The notes below the pieces were generated by a model. That model did no database searches, was not told where the DNA came from, and saw nothing but the letters and a program-made list of their open reading frames with translations. Shown piece after piece: positions 48,981 through 59,437 of a stretch of 64,000 nucleotides of DNA. The stretch is from Candidatus Peregrinibacteria bacterium (GTDB lineage Bacteria; Patescibacteriota; Gracilibacteria; UBA1369; UBA12473): assembly GCA_018659585.1 (NCBI GenBank), contig JABJMC010000022.1, forward strand, positions 9,104 through 73,103, written 5' to 3'. A program made the translations under genes and the position numbers. Positions within the stretch are counted from its first letter, which is position 1. Every line of letters begins with the position of its first letter.

Positions 48981-49418
48981 ATGCCTAAAACTGAAGAAAC
49001 TGTTGAAGCCAAAGGTCCTACCTTTAACGGCAAATACCACTACGCTAGCGGTAAACGCAAAACATCAATTGCGCGTGTTCGTTTATACGAAAAAGGACAA
49101 GGACGCATTGTAATTAACGGCAAACCTTTCAAAAAATATTTAACTGTTAAAGAGACTTACGGCATTGTTCAGTCCCCGCTTAATATTACTAGCCATCTAA
49201 AAACCTTTGATATCTCAGTAATTGTAATAGGTGGCGGAATGCACTCCCAATCCGAAGCTGTTCGTCATGGAATTGCTAAAGCTTTGGTTGAATTTGACCC
49301 TGAATTACGCGGAACACTTAAAAAAGCTGGTTTTCTTACTCGCGACTCACGTATTAAAGAACGTAAAAAATACGGTCTCAAACGAGCTCGAAGAGCGCCA
49401 CAGTTTAGTAAGCGTTAG
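48981..49418 (+). CDS. rpsI: 30S ribosomal protein S9
   Basis: GKRKTSIARV, GGG..SQSEA.RHG, ERKKYGL..AR..PQFSKR. Confidence 0.97.
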   Translation: MPKTEETVEAKGPTFNGKYHYASGKRKTSIARVRLYEKGQGRIVINGKPFKKYLTVKETYGIVQSPLNITSHLKTFDISVIVIGGGMHSQSEAVRHGIAKALVEFDPELRGTLKKAGFLTRDSRIKERKKYGLKRARRAPQFSKR

Positions 49419-49427
49419 AGTACAGGT

Positions 49428-52223
49428 TTATTCACTATAAACTTCCCCTGTTTCTTCATCGTATTTTACGTATCCATTTATTCCCTGGGTATCTTGAATA
49501 TCGTACCATTCTCCTCCTTGTGGAGCATACTCACGCCAATAGTAATAATCTGAATATTCAGGTTTTCTTTGTTCAATAAGTCCCAATGATTGCGCACTTA
49601 CTGAGTCCCAAGGGAAAGTTGTCGCACTAACATCACAAAGGGGCTCTGTCAAAGCCTGTAACCGGCCAGTCTCAGGATCAATTCTTACCTTATAAATGTC
49701 ACCAATTTCTTGCACATTAAATTCAAGTTGTAATTCTTCTAATCTAGCCTGCTTGTCATCCGAAAACTCCGTTCCCTGCGCCAAAGATTCTTTGCGCTCT
49801 GTTCTTAACTGCAGTAATTCCTCTTTTTTCTCTCGCCACCAATAAACATAAGGAAGATTTATATAGCGGTTCACAGCCACTCCATGCCCAAAGGGGGTAA
49901 TGTAAAGAACTTGCAAATTCTCCGGAGCATTCATAATCTCAAAATAATCTTCCTCTAGTTCCAATTTTTGCCCCATAACGCCGGCCCCACTCCAAGTTAA
50001 ATTACTATAATCACTTTCATCATAACGATCCAGCCCATTAATAATTCGATAACAACGCGCCACAGCTGTCATTTGCTGAATTTCAGATAAATTGAAACTC
50101 CTAGATCCCTTCAAAGCTTCTTTGTAATAAACCAAAGCCCGATCTAAATCAACTTCATTAGCTGGAGAGGCAGTATCAAATAATTGTGCAACATAAAGCA
50201 TGCTTAACCCAGCCATTTCATTCTCTAATTCAAAATATAATTCTGGATCACCATTATCCATGATTTCTCGATATCGCCCTCTGTATATTGGCGAATTCTC
50301 ATACCTTTTCAAAACTTCTTCTCTAAGATCAGGATCATCCGGAACCAACCATTTACCCAACGTTTCTCGCCTAACTTCTGGAGTACTCCATTCCTCCCGA
50401 CATTTTTCTTTAACATCCTGCTCCATCAATACCCATTCCTCCACTTTTGAAGTTTCTTGCCCCTCCTCAAGAGTAGCCAAATATTTATCTGTTTCTTCAA
50501 CGGTCATAAAATACCAAACAACATTTGAACGAGCGTCAATTATTTTACTTCGAATGCGAGCTACATCTTCCTCATCCATCCCCTCTAATTGCGCCTCTAA
50601 ATCATCAAAAAACTGAATCGCCCTTTCTACTATAACTTTTCGTTCCCTTTCATTAGATGGAACAATTGAATCTAAATTATGATATCTCCTTCTTGACCCT
50701 GGGAAATAAGCCCTCTCTAAATAACGTTCAAACATATCTAAATACATATCCGGAGTAGTAAAAAACTCACTCCCACTATGTACTGCAGTCCCTTCTAACG
50801 CCCTTTGAATAGCTTTTTGCCACTCTCCATCTACATCCACTCGACTCTTCCCCAAATCCCTATTCCACTCCCATAAAGTCGCTCGTCGATAATGAGCATA
50901 AGCTAAGCTAATTTCTGGGGGGGTATCAAATAAACCTTCCCCATCATCTTCACAAACTGTTTCTAGTAATTCAATTCCTTGGTTTAATAATCTATTCGCT
51001 AACTCTGGATTTTGTTCCCGAATATCTTCATGCAATAAACTATTCGCCAAATCTATATAAATCCGACCACGAATTTGTGGATTCATGTCCATTCCTCGAG
51101 TCTGCAAAAATTTCACAAAATATTCTCGATTTCTAATTCTGATACCTGGTCCATGTGGTTGCTCGCCAGCTACTCCATACTTGTGCTCACCTAATAAAAG
51201 TATATAAAATTCTACATCTGAAAAACCAAAATTATTCCCTCTTTCCGCAAGTATATCCATTTCATCAATATCTCTAACCTTATAAGCAGTACTATTATCT
51301 ATATACAACTCACCTGTTGAACCTTTATTATCTTTGTCCCCATACAATTTCACTGCCTCGCCCTGTGCTTGCAAAACTTCATCTATTAAGTCTCTTTCGC
51401 CCTGTGGAAGATTTTCAAAATAAACTCCAACCAAAATATTTTCCGACTCATAGCGTACTAAAGCTCTGCCCACCTTTTCTATTTCATTAAAAACTTCATC
51501 CGCCTCGCAAGCAAACTGGTAACGATCTCTAAGCGACTCATCAATTTGACCAGAGGTCCGCCAGCCTTCTAAATCACTAAAAAGGTTTGTAAAAGCACCC
51601 GCATAACCACTTGTTGGATACCTTCCAATATCTTGAATTTTCTTATAGGCTCTAAAAACCTTTTTACGGTCTCCACTTTCTAACATATTTTGCAAAGACT
51701 GTAGTTGCAAATTCATCAGCTTTTTCTCATCAAACCAATCTAAATCATCAATTGCATAATAATAATATCCATAATGATCAAAAAGTCTCTCTGCCCCCCC
51801 TGAAAACTGCTCCAAATAATTCACATAAGTTCGAAAAACTCCCTCATCAAATCCCTCCCTTAAAGTTTTTTCATAAGCAATACATTGCGCTTCATCAGGT
51901 TGACGTTGCGGCTTTGGGGCATAACCCAAACGCCTCAATTCTTTTTTTTGCATCGGAACTGTATAACCAACGTGTAAGGCACTTGTTAATGAATCTAAGA
52001 TCTCCTGATCAGCACCGGCTGCTAATTGATCCTCAATAATTTCTATTAACATTTCTTTCTTTGCCTGAGGCTCCAATGACAAAAACTCCTGATCTTCCAG
52101 GTTAACATCCAGAGCCTCCGACACTTCAACCGGACGCAGGGCTCCTGGCCGAGGCGGCTTAGGTCGAGGAGGCTTGGGTTTATTCTGAAAAATAAAAGAA
52201 TGGGGAGAATTGTGAGAAAACAT
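49428..52223 (-). CDS. Large acidic helical hypothetical protein (931 aa)
   Basis: Long ORF with host-like strand bias; Pro/Arg-rich N-terminus; TPR-like segments. Confidence 0.75.
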   Translation of the reverse strand: MFSHNSPHSFIFQNKPKPPRPKPPRPGALRPVEVSEALDVNLEDQEFLSLEPQAKKEMLIEIIEDQLAAGADQEILDSLTSALHVGYTVPMQKKELRRLGYAPKPQRQPDEAQCIAYEKTLREGFDEGVFRTYVNYLEQFSGGAERLFDHYGYYYYAIDDLDWFDEKKLMNLQLQSLQNMLESGDRKKVFRAYKKIQDIGRYPTSGYAGAFTNLFSDLEGWRTSGQIDESLRDRYQFACEADEVFNEIEKVGRALVRYESENILVGVYFENLPQGERDLIDEVLQAQGEAVKLYGDKDNKGSTGELYIDNSTAYKVRDIDEMDILAERGNNFGFSDVEFYILLLGEHKYGVAGEQPHGPGIRIRNREYFVKFLQTRGMDMNPQIRGRIYIDLANSLLHEDIREQNPELANRLLNQGIELLETVCEDDGEGLFDTPPEISLAYAHYRRATLWEWNRDLGKSRVDVDGEWQKAIQRALEGTAVHSGSEFFTTPDMYLDMFERYLERAYFPGSRRRYHNLDSIVPSNERERKVIVERAIQFFDDLEAQLEGMDEEDVARIRSKIIDARSNVVWYFMTVEETDKYLATLEEGQETSKVEEWVLMEQDVKEKCREEWSTPEVRRETLGKWLVPDDPDLREEVLKRYENSPIYRGRYREIMDNGDPELYFELENEMAGLSMLYVAQLFDTASPANEVDLDRALVYYKEALKGSRSFNLSEIQQMTAVARCYRIINGLDRYDESDYSNLTWSGAGVMGQKLELEEDYFEIMNAPENLQVLYITPFGHGVAVNRYINLPYVYWWREKKEELLQLRTERKESLAQGTEFSDDKQARLEELQLEFNVQEIGDIYKVRIDPETGRLQALTEPLCDVSATTFPWDSVSAQSLGLIEQRKPEYSDYYYWREYAPQGGEWYDIQDTQGINGYVKYDEETGEVYSE

Positions 52224-52341
52224 AATTTATTTTTATTTCTATCTTAATATTATAACATAAAAAACCAATCGAGTAAATATGCTATTGACGACTTACTAAA
52301 TAACTAGCTAAAATACTCTCCTACCTTAACCACCCCACCAA

Positions 52342-52911
52342 ATGTTAGGATTAGACTTAGGGCAAAAAGCCCATGAATTAGCTGACAAAAGTCGTCAGGC
52401 TATTACTAATGTCCACACTGTTGCCCACGGGGCCAAAGAATTTGCTAGTGATTCTTGGTCAACTATGGCAATGGCCACAAAATTTGACGAGATTCCAGAT
52501 AACGCCCGCATGTTAGTCAATGGATTAACTCCGTCAAACAAAGAAGCGACCCGCATTCAAGCTGGCAAACTAGCGTACCAAGTTTTAAAAGACGCTGGCA
52601 TTCAACTTTCCAGTCAAGAACCACCCATGGGCGCTGATTTTGACCCGCATAGTTTTGACATCAAAGTCACGTTTTACTTCCCAGATGTTGCCGATGGGAT
52701 TGTTGTTATGAGTGACCAAGCTAAGGAGCCAGATTTCGAAACACTGCAAAGCATCCACGATCAACTTGAGGACCAATATCCATCCTGGGGAGTAGAGCCT
52801 ATTAAAGGAGGAGTCGTCATGCATGTTGATCGCGCTGATGTTGGCTTTAGAGAACTTTTTAAGGGACGAATAGATCGCGCTCTAAGGCCTATGTGTGGTT
52901 ACGACATGTAA
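52342..52911 (+). CDS. Hypothetical protein
   Basis: 189-aa ORF with upstream TTGACG-N18-TAAAAT. Confidence 0.65.
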   Translation: MLGLDLGQKAHELADKSRQAITNVHTVAHGAKEFASDSWSTMAMATKFDEIPDNARMLVNGLTPSNKEATRIQAGKLAYQVLKDAGIQLSSQEPPMGADFDPHSFDIKVTFYFPDVADGIVVMSDQAKEPDFETLQSIHDQLEDQYPSWGVEPIKGGVVMHVDRADVGFRELFKGRIDRALRPMCGYDM

Positions 52912-52950
52912 AAGGTTCCCTTCCTGGTCGCTTCCCGGTAAAATACAGGC

Positions 52951-53613
52951 ATGCGTTTTGATGTACTAACCATTTTCCCATCTTTTTTCGAAGAAAACCC
53001 TTATTTTAAGTACAGCATCTTAGGAGAAGCTACCAAAAAGGGCCAAATTGAGGTGCACACACACGATATTCGCGAATATTCCGAGGATAAGCACAAAAAA
53101 GTAGATGATACGCCTTATGGGGGCGGCGCCGGGATGGTTATGACTTGCCAGCCGCTTTTCGCCGCCATTAAAAGTGTAAAAAAAGAAAATCCAAAGGCCC
53201 CGGTCGTGTTCTTAACTCCGCAGGGTGAAACTTGGACTCAACCGCACGCCGAAGAATTCGCCACAAAACATGAACAAACTGGCTTAATCCTGCTTTGCGG
53301 TCGTTACGAAGGCATTGATCAACGCGTTCGCGATGCTTTAGTAGATATTGAAATTTCCATTGGCGATTATGTTTTAACAGGAGGAGAATTAGCAGTCATG
53401 ACTTTAATAGATTCCATCACTCGCCTTATTCCAGGCGTTCTTGGCAACGAAAATTCACCCGAAGAAGATTCTTTTTGCGTTAAATTTGATCGCAAAAAAG
53501 AATACCCTCACTATACAAAACCCGAAGAATTCCAAGGAATAAAGGTTCCAGATGTTCTTCTTTCTGGGCACCATGCCAATATTGAAGCCTGGCGCCACGA
53601 CAATTTAAAGTAA
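52951..53613 (+). CDS. trmD: tRNA (guanine37-N1)-methyltransferase
   Basis: VDDTPYGGGAGMV, LCGRYEGIDQR, SIGDYVLTGGE, LLSGHH. Confidence 0.97.
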   Translation: MRFDVLTIFPSFFEENPYFKYSILGEATKKGQIEVHTHDIREYSEDKHKKVDDTPYGGGAGMVMTCQPLFAAIKSVKKENPKAPVVFLTPQGETWTQPHAEEFATKHEQTGLILLCGRYEGIDQRVRDALVDIEISIGDYVLTGGELAVMTLIDSITRLIPGVLGNENSPEEDSFCVKFDRKKEYPHYTKPEEFQGIKVPDVLLSGHHANIEAWRHDNLK

Positions 53614-53636
53614 TCCCCAAAATTTAACCCTCCAAC

Positions 53637-55679
53637 ATGAATTTTTTCTTCTATGAAATCCTTGAACTAATTCTTTTTCTTGGATTCTGGGCTAGCTTTG
53701 GCTATTTAATCTATCTTTTCTTTGCCAAACGCAACCAAATCACTGATTCTGAACTCAAAAAAGTTACTTTCCCTAAAAAAATGGGCTGGACTATTGGAAT
53801 CGCAATTTTGGCTTATAATGTTTTCCTTTATGAAACAATGCAAGCCAGTGGCGCTATCCCCGGTGTTGGTTGGGGTCTTTTTATAGTCGCTATTATTGGT
53901 GGTTTACTCCTCTCCTTCCCAGCTAAAAAACGTACTCCCCTAGTTTATTTTTTAGCGGTACTAAGCAGCGTATCTGCTTTAATTGGGGTTCTTCATGCAA
54001 GTGCCTTTATCCAGTCTTTTAACCTCGTGGTAACTCAATTAAGTTTCTATAGTTTGCTGTTTTTATATGTTCTTCCTGGAATTCAATGGGAAGGACTTTG
54101 GATTTTAAAAGCTATTTGGCACAGTATTCTCCAAGCCGTCAGACATGTTCTCGTTCTTTTTAAGTTATCTTTTAAACTCAAAAACGCCCCCAGTAACAAA
54201 ATTATTCGTACTTTAAAAACTGTATTTTTAACCTTACTTTTACTTTTACTTTTCGCTTCTCTTCTCTCTCAAGCTGATCCTATTTTTGACCAATTAATTT
54301 CCGAAATCAAAGAAGAAGCCGCTGCCCGTACGTTTTTATCACTCCTTCTTGCTGCAGGCTTACTTTTTGGCTTAAGTTTACAAATCAAGCCTTCCAAAAA
54401 AACCACTGAATTCAAATTATTCAATTTTTATGACGTGGTCATTCCTATCATAGCTATTGAACTACTCTTTTTATTCTTTCTATTCATTCAAGGAAAATAT
54501 CTTTTTGGATCACACGAAGCCATCGCCAATTTTGACTTAACCTATTCTGAATACGTTCGCAAAGGATTCACTGAACTTCTTACTACCACCTTCCTAGGAG
54601 GAATAATCGCCTATTTAGTAATTCTCAAAACCAAAACCACCAAAACCCTTAATCGTTCTAAATTCCTTCGTGGCCTAAACGTTATTTTGGTAATTGAATT
54701 AATGGCTTTGCTAAGCTCAGCTCTAAAACGAGACCTCCTTTATGTTGAAGTTTACGGACTAACGCGTGTCCGTTTAATTGGTGGCATTTTCTTAGCCTGG
54801 CTAGCCGCTACCCTAATCATGCTATTAATCACTAACATTAATAAACGATTACAGGAAAAACATTTATTCCTAGGAGTATTTGTAATCAGCATTGCTACTT
54901 TCTTGTGCCTGAACACGTTTAATATGGACCTAAAAATTGCCACTACGGAACCACCAGAAGGGCAACATTTAGACTATTTTTATCTCACCAGCTTATCTGT
55001 TGATGCCGCTCCCGGTTGGGAAACAGTAATTCAAGATATGAACACTCAATTCGATACCTTAGTTAATCAACAAACTCTAACCGACGAACAAAAAACTCTA
55101 CTTACAGAACTTAAATTAGGCCTCACTAACATTCAAGAAAAACGTATTACACTCGAAGACAAATTCGGTGATTTAAAAACTTTTGAAGCCAAATTTGAGA
55201 CCAAAGAAGACGAAAATTCCGAAGAAGAATATGACTACTACTATTATGATGATCGAACCACTTACAACGAATGGCAACAAGATCGACTAAAAGCCAGACG
55301 TCACTGGGTAAATTGGAATTGGGGAGAACAAAAAAACTTCCAATACATGGAAAATAATAGTGCCCTCTTTACAGACCAAGTAGATTGCTTATTAACTTCA
55401 ATCGAAAACTATCAAATTGACTACTTAGTAGATCTTCAAGACGAAACATGGGAACGCATGTATGATTATGAATATCCATTTATTTCCGACCAGCATTCCT
55501 ATTACGAGGACTTAAACAGCACTATAATGAGTGCTTTTTATGAAGAAGAAATTGATTGGGACAACGAGGAAGGCCCTTACGGAAAAGGTTATCTTGACCT
55601 CAATAACTTAACTTCTGAACAAGCCGCTGCCCTATCGGAACTCCAAGCCATCCGCCAAGCGCAATCCTGTTCAAGCTAA
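53637..55679 (+). CDS. DUF4153/DUF4173-type polytopic membrane protein
   Basis: LLSQADPIF, TYSEYVRKGFTEL, LYVEVYGLTRVR motifs; multiple TMs. Confidence 0.75.
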   Translation: MNFFFYEILELILFLGFWASFGYLIYLFFAKRNQITDSELKKVTFPKKMGWTIGIAILAYNVFLYETMQASGAIPGVGWGLFIVAIIGGLLLSFPAKKRTPLVYFLAVLSSVSALIGVLHASAFIQSFNLVVTQLSFYSLLFLYVLPGIQWEGLWILKAIWHSILQAVRHVLVLFKLSFKLKNAPSNKIIRTLKTVFLTLLLLLLFASLLSQADPIFDQLISEIKEEAAARTFLSLLLAAGLLFGLSLQIKPSKKTTEFKLFNFYDVVIPIIAIELLFLFFLFIQGKYLFGSHEAIANFDLTYSEYVRKGFTELLTTTFLGGIIAYLVILKTKTTKTLNRSKFLRGLNVILVIELMALLSSALKRDLLYVEVYGLTRVRLIGGIFLAWLAATLIMLLITNINKRLQEKHLFLGVFVISIATFLCLNTFNMDLKIATTEPPEGQHLDYFYLTSLSVDAAPGWETVIQDMNTQFDTLVNQQTLTDEQKTLLTELKLGLTNIQEKRITLEDKFGDLKTFEAKFETKEDENSEEEYDYYYYDDRTTYNEWQQDRLKARRHWVNWNWGEQKNFQYMENNSALFTDQVDCLLTSIENYQIDYLVDLQDETWERMYDYEYPFISDQHSYYEDLNSTIMSAFYEEEIDWDNEEGPYGKGYLDLNNLTSEQAAALSELQAIRQAQSCSS

Positions 55680-55696
55680 AATAATCTCCCTCCTTA

Positions 55697-58423
55697 ATGC
55701 ACCGTAAAACCGAACAACAACTTTACCGCCGCTTCAAAACCCGAGGTAACGGTCTTTCGGAATCCGAAGCTAAAAAACTTTTAAAAGAACATGGGCCTAA
55801 TACTTTTATTACTAAAAAGAAAAAGCCTCTAATTGTTTCGTTCTTAGAAGAATTCACGGATTTAATGGTTATTATTCTTGTTATTGCCGCTTTAATTGCG
55901 GGCATTGCTGGTGAAACCGCCGATGCTGCGGTAATTCTATTTATTGTTATTCTAAACGCCACTATTGGCTTCTTTCAAAAATACAAAGCCGAAAAAGCTC
56001 TCGAAGCCCTCAAAAACATGTTGGCTCCGCACGCCAAAGTTATTCGTGATGGCGAAACTCTAGAAATTCCAGCCGCCAACTTAGTTCCTGGAGACATCAT
56101 TATATTAGCAGAGGGAGATTCTATCCCCGCTGACTCCAGGCTACTTGAAGCCAGCGAACTTTATATCGACGAGTCCTCCCTCACCGGCGAATCTGTCCCG
56201 GTGCTCAAAACCACCGAACCCATAAACAAAAAAGAACTCCACTTAGATGAACACGAAAATATTGCTTTTATGGGGACAGCCGTTACTCACGGAAACGGTA
56301 AAGCCCTGGTTATCCGTACCGGAGAAGCAACTGAATTTGGTAAAATTGCCAACCTTACCCGTACCACCCAAAAAGATAAAAGTCCTCTTCAAAAAGAACT
56401 CAATAAAATCGGTATTTTTGTAGGAAAAGTAACGCTTATTATTTCTGGATTTCTTCTGTTAGCTGGCTGGATTTGGCAAGAAAAACCTTTTGCCGAAACA
56501 TTCCTATTTGCGACTTCTGTGGCTGTTGCCGCAGTACCAGAAGGACTCCCAGCTACCATTACCATTGCCTTAGCCATCGGCGTTCAACGCCTGGCTAAAA
56601 AGCGTTCCATAATGAAAAAACTTTCCTCCGTCGAAACCTTGGGTTCCACCAGCGTTATCTGTTCTGATAAAACCGGGACTCTAACGCGTAACGAAATGAC
56701 GGTAGTAGAAATTTTAACTGACAACCACATCTTCCCCGTCACCGGGAAAGGCTACGAACCAAAAGGGAAATGGGAAACCAACAGGCCAGATTCAGAAATC
56801 CAAAAACTCTGTGAAGTAGCTTGTTTATGTAACAACGCCAAACTATCCCGCACCCGCAAATCCTGGCGCATAATTGGTGATCCAACCGAAGGCTGCTTAT
56901 TAGTTGCTGCATCAAAAACCGCTTTTAAACCAAAAACAATTCTCAAACAATTCAAACGCCTTCATGAACTCCCTTTTGATTCGACCCGCAAAATGATGAC
57001 CACTATTGACCAAAATCGAGCCACCAAAGAAATTCATGCCCACTTAAAAGGAGCCCCAGACGAAGTTTTAAAAATATGTACTCACATTTACGAAAGCGGT
57101 CGGCGCCTTAAACTAACTCCAAAAAAACGCAAAGCCATCCTCGAAAAAAACAAACAAATGGCCGAGAAAGCCCTCCGAGTCCTCGCCTTTGCCGAACGTC
57201 CTTTAGATGGCCACGGCATCCCGCGTGGGAAAAAACAATACTCCAAAGCTTTGGTAGAAAAAGGCATGACCTTTATCGGTTTAACCGGCATGATCGATCC
57301 CGCCCGCAAAGAAGTCTACGCCGCCGTCGAAATGGCCAAAAAAGCTGGCATTGAAATGTACATGATCACTGGTGATTACGGCATTACCGCCGCCGCCATT
57401 GCCAAAGAAATCGGCATGACTGGCCCAAACCCCTTAATAGTCGCCGGCGCCGAACTGCACCGCATGACCGACAAAAAACTAGAAAGACTTTTCCGCAAAC
57501 ACGAAGGCAATATTGTGTTTGCTCGCGTAAGTCCCGAACACAAACTCAAGATCATCAAAGCCCTTAAGAGGCGCGGTGAAATCGTCGCCATGACCGGTGA
57601 TGGTGTTAACGACGCCCCTGCCCTTAAACGCGCTGATATTGGCGTGGCTATGGGTATCACGGGCACTGATGTATCCAAAGAGGCCGCGGATATGATTCTC
57701 ACCGACGACAGCTTTGGCACCATTGTAAAAGCCGTACGCGAAGGTCGTACTATTTACGAAAATCTCAAAAAATTCGTTTTCTATATTTTCTCCTGTAATA
57801 TCGGTGAATTAGTGACTGTTTTTACCGCTATTTTGCTTGGGATTCCCGCCCCACTCACCGCTATTTTAATTCTCGCCGTAGACCTTGGCACCGATGTTTT
57901 ACCAGCTATTGCCCTGGGCGTAGATCCCCCAGAGCCCGGCATTATGGATAAACCTCCTCGTCCCCGCAAAGAACACCTCATGCGTCGCGGTTTTGTGCTC
58001 CACTTTGTCTATCTTGGCCTCGCTATTGGTACTATTGTTACCACCGCCTATTTCTGGATGCTACACCGTTATGACTGGACTTGGGGAAGCACCCTTTCCG
58101 CAGACAACCTCACTTATCTCAAAGCTTCTACCGCGGCCTTTGCCATCCTCGTTATGATCCAAATGGTTAATGCTTTTAATTCTCGCAGCCTCAAACAATC
58201 CATTTTTAAACTTGGTTTTTTCACTAACCGCTGGCTTCTTGGTGCCATCTCAATCTCACTTATTACACTCGTGCTATTTGTTGAACTCCCCTTCTTCCAA
58301 GACTTCCTTCACACTACTCATTTAACAATAGTTGAATGGCTTGTCCTCGCTGCCTTTTCCCTTTCAATTTTAATTCTTGAAGAATGTCGCAAACTGATCC
58401 TAAATACATCCGAATCAAAGTAA
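55697..58423 (+). CDS. P-type IIA cation (Ca2+-like) transporting ATPase
   Basis: TGES, VPEGLP, CSDKTGTLT, KGAPD, TGDGVNDAP. Confidence 0.95.
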   Translation: MHRKTEQQLYRRFKTRGNGLSESEAKKLLKEHGPNTFITKKKKPLIVSFLEEFTDLMVIILVIAALIAGIAGETADAAVILFIVILNATIGFFQKYKAEKALEALKNMLAPHAKVIRDGETLEIPAANLVPGDIIILAEGDSIPADSRLLEASELYIDESSLTGESVPVLKTTEPINKKELHLDEHENIAFMGTAVTHGNGKALVIRTGEATEFGKIANLTRTTQKDKSPLQKELNKIGIFVGKVTLIISGFLLLAGWIWQEKPFAETFLFATSVAVAAVPEGLPATITIALAIGVQRLAKKRSIMKKLSSVETLGSTSVICSDKTGTLTRNEMTVVEILTDNHIFPVTGKGYEPKGKWETNRPDSEIQKLCEVACLCNNAKLSRTRKSWRIIGDPTEGCLLVAASKTAFKPKTILKQFKRLHELPFDSTRKMMTTIDQNRATKEIHAHLKGAPDEVLKICTHIYESGRRLKLTPKKRKAILEKNKQMAEKALRVLAFAERPLDGHGIPRGKKQYSKALVEKGMTFIGLTGMIDPARKEVYAAVEMAKKAGIEMYMITGDYGITAAAIAKEIGMTGPNPLIVAGAELHRMTDKKLERLFRKHEGNIVFARVSPEHKLKIIKALKRRGEIVAMTGDGVNDAPALKRADIGVAMGITGTDVSKEAADMILTDDSFGTIVKAVREGRTIYENLKKFVFYIFSCNIGELVTVFTAILLGIPAPLTAILILAVDLGTDVLPAIALGVDPPEPGIMDKPPRPRKEHLMRRGFVLHFVYLGLAIGTIVTTAYFWMLHRYDWTWGSTLSADNLTYLKASTAAFAILVMIQMVNAFNSRSLKQSIFKLGFFTNRWLLGAISISLITLVLFVELPFFQDFLHTTHLTIVEWLVLAAFSLSILILEECRKLILNTSESK

Positions 58424-58629
58424 TTCCCAAAAGCCCTAAATCTGAATTAGTTGATGAAATGGCTGACGGAACCCTCAAAATCCGCATCGCCGCTCCACCC
58501 GAAAAAGGCAAAGCCAACATTGAATTAATAAAATTTCTAAGCAAACATTTCAACGTTCCCAAAGATCAAATTTCGATTATTAGCGGCAAAACCGATCCTT
58601 TAAAACTTATAAAAATATTGTATAATTGA
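58384..58629 (+). CDS. DUF167 (YggU-like) protein
   Basis: KVIPKS, LKIRIAAPPEKGKAN.ELIKFL, I.SG. Confidence 0.85.
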   Translation: MSQTDPKYIRIKVIPKSPKSELVDEMADGTLKIRIAAPPEKGKANIELIKFLSKHFNVPKDQISIISGKTDPLKLIKILYN

Positions 58630-58657
58630 CCGCTCACGGTCACGTATTCCCCAAAAA

Positions 58658-59413
58658 ATGAATCCTGTCAAACTACACCCAAAAAAATCACTCGGTCAAA
58701 ATTTCCTTACTCACAAAGGAACTCTTCATAAAATCCTAAACGCGGCCGATCTCCAACCTACTGATCACGTCATTGAAATTGGCCCCGGGAAAGGTGTTTT
58801 AACTGCCGCCCTTCTGGAACACACTAAGCAAGTCGAAACCATTGAATTAGATGATCGCCTCATTCCTCTTTTAACCGAAAAATTCGCAAATACCGATCTC
58901 AAAATTCATCACCAAGATGCCTTAACCTTCGACCCTCCAAACACTCCATATAAATTAGTGGCCAACATTCCATATTACATCACTTCCCCCCTAATTAACC
59001 ATTTTTTACGCGAACAACCACCCGAAAAACGCCCTCAATCCCTTACCCTCCTCGTCCAAAAAGAAGTTGCTCAAAAAATCTGTTCTAAACCTGGAAAACT
59101 AAGTGTTCTGGCCCTTCAAGTTCATTTTTTTGGCACCCCAAAATTAATCGCTAAAGTCCCACCTTCTCATTTCTCTCCCGCACCAAAAGTAGACTCTGCT
59201 ATTCTTCAAATAAATCTCCACAGAAAATCGCTTATCAAAAATTCCGACCTCACCAAATTATTTGAACTCATTCACCGCGGCTTTGCTCACAAACGCAAAA
59301 AACTAATTCGCAATCTAAACGCCACTTCCGAACAATTCGCTAAACTCAATCTCTCCGAAAACACCCGCGCCGAAGAATTAACTATACAAGATTGGCTCAA
59401 TCTGTTAGATTAG
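58658..59413 (+). CDS. rsmA: 16S rRNA m6,2A dimethyltransferase
   Basis: KKSLGQNFL, EIGPGKG.LT, VANIPYYIT, F.PAPKVDS. Confidence 0.96.
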   Translation: MNPVKLHPKKSLGQNFLTHKGTLHKILNAADLQPTDHVIEIGPGKGVLTAALLEHTKQVETIELDDRLIPLLTEKFANTDLKIHHQDALTFDPPNTPYKLVANIPYYITSPLINHFLREQPPEKRPQSLTLLVQKEVAQKICSKPGKLSVLALQVHFFGTPKLIAKVPPSHFSPAPKVDSAILQINLHRKSLIKNSDLTKLFELIHRGFAHKRKKLIRNLNATSEQFAKLNLSENTRAEELTIQDWLNLLD

Positions 59414-59437
59414 CTCACCAAAATTAAATCAAACTAC

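Noticed and set aside
13952..49418. UGA-to-Gly recoding (genetic code 25)
   Set aside because: Core genes are full length under code 11, and TGA ends genes at ATGA overlaps (2818, 3168)
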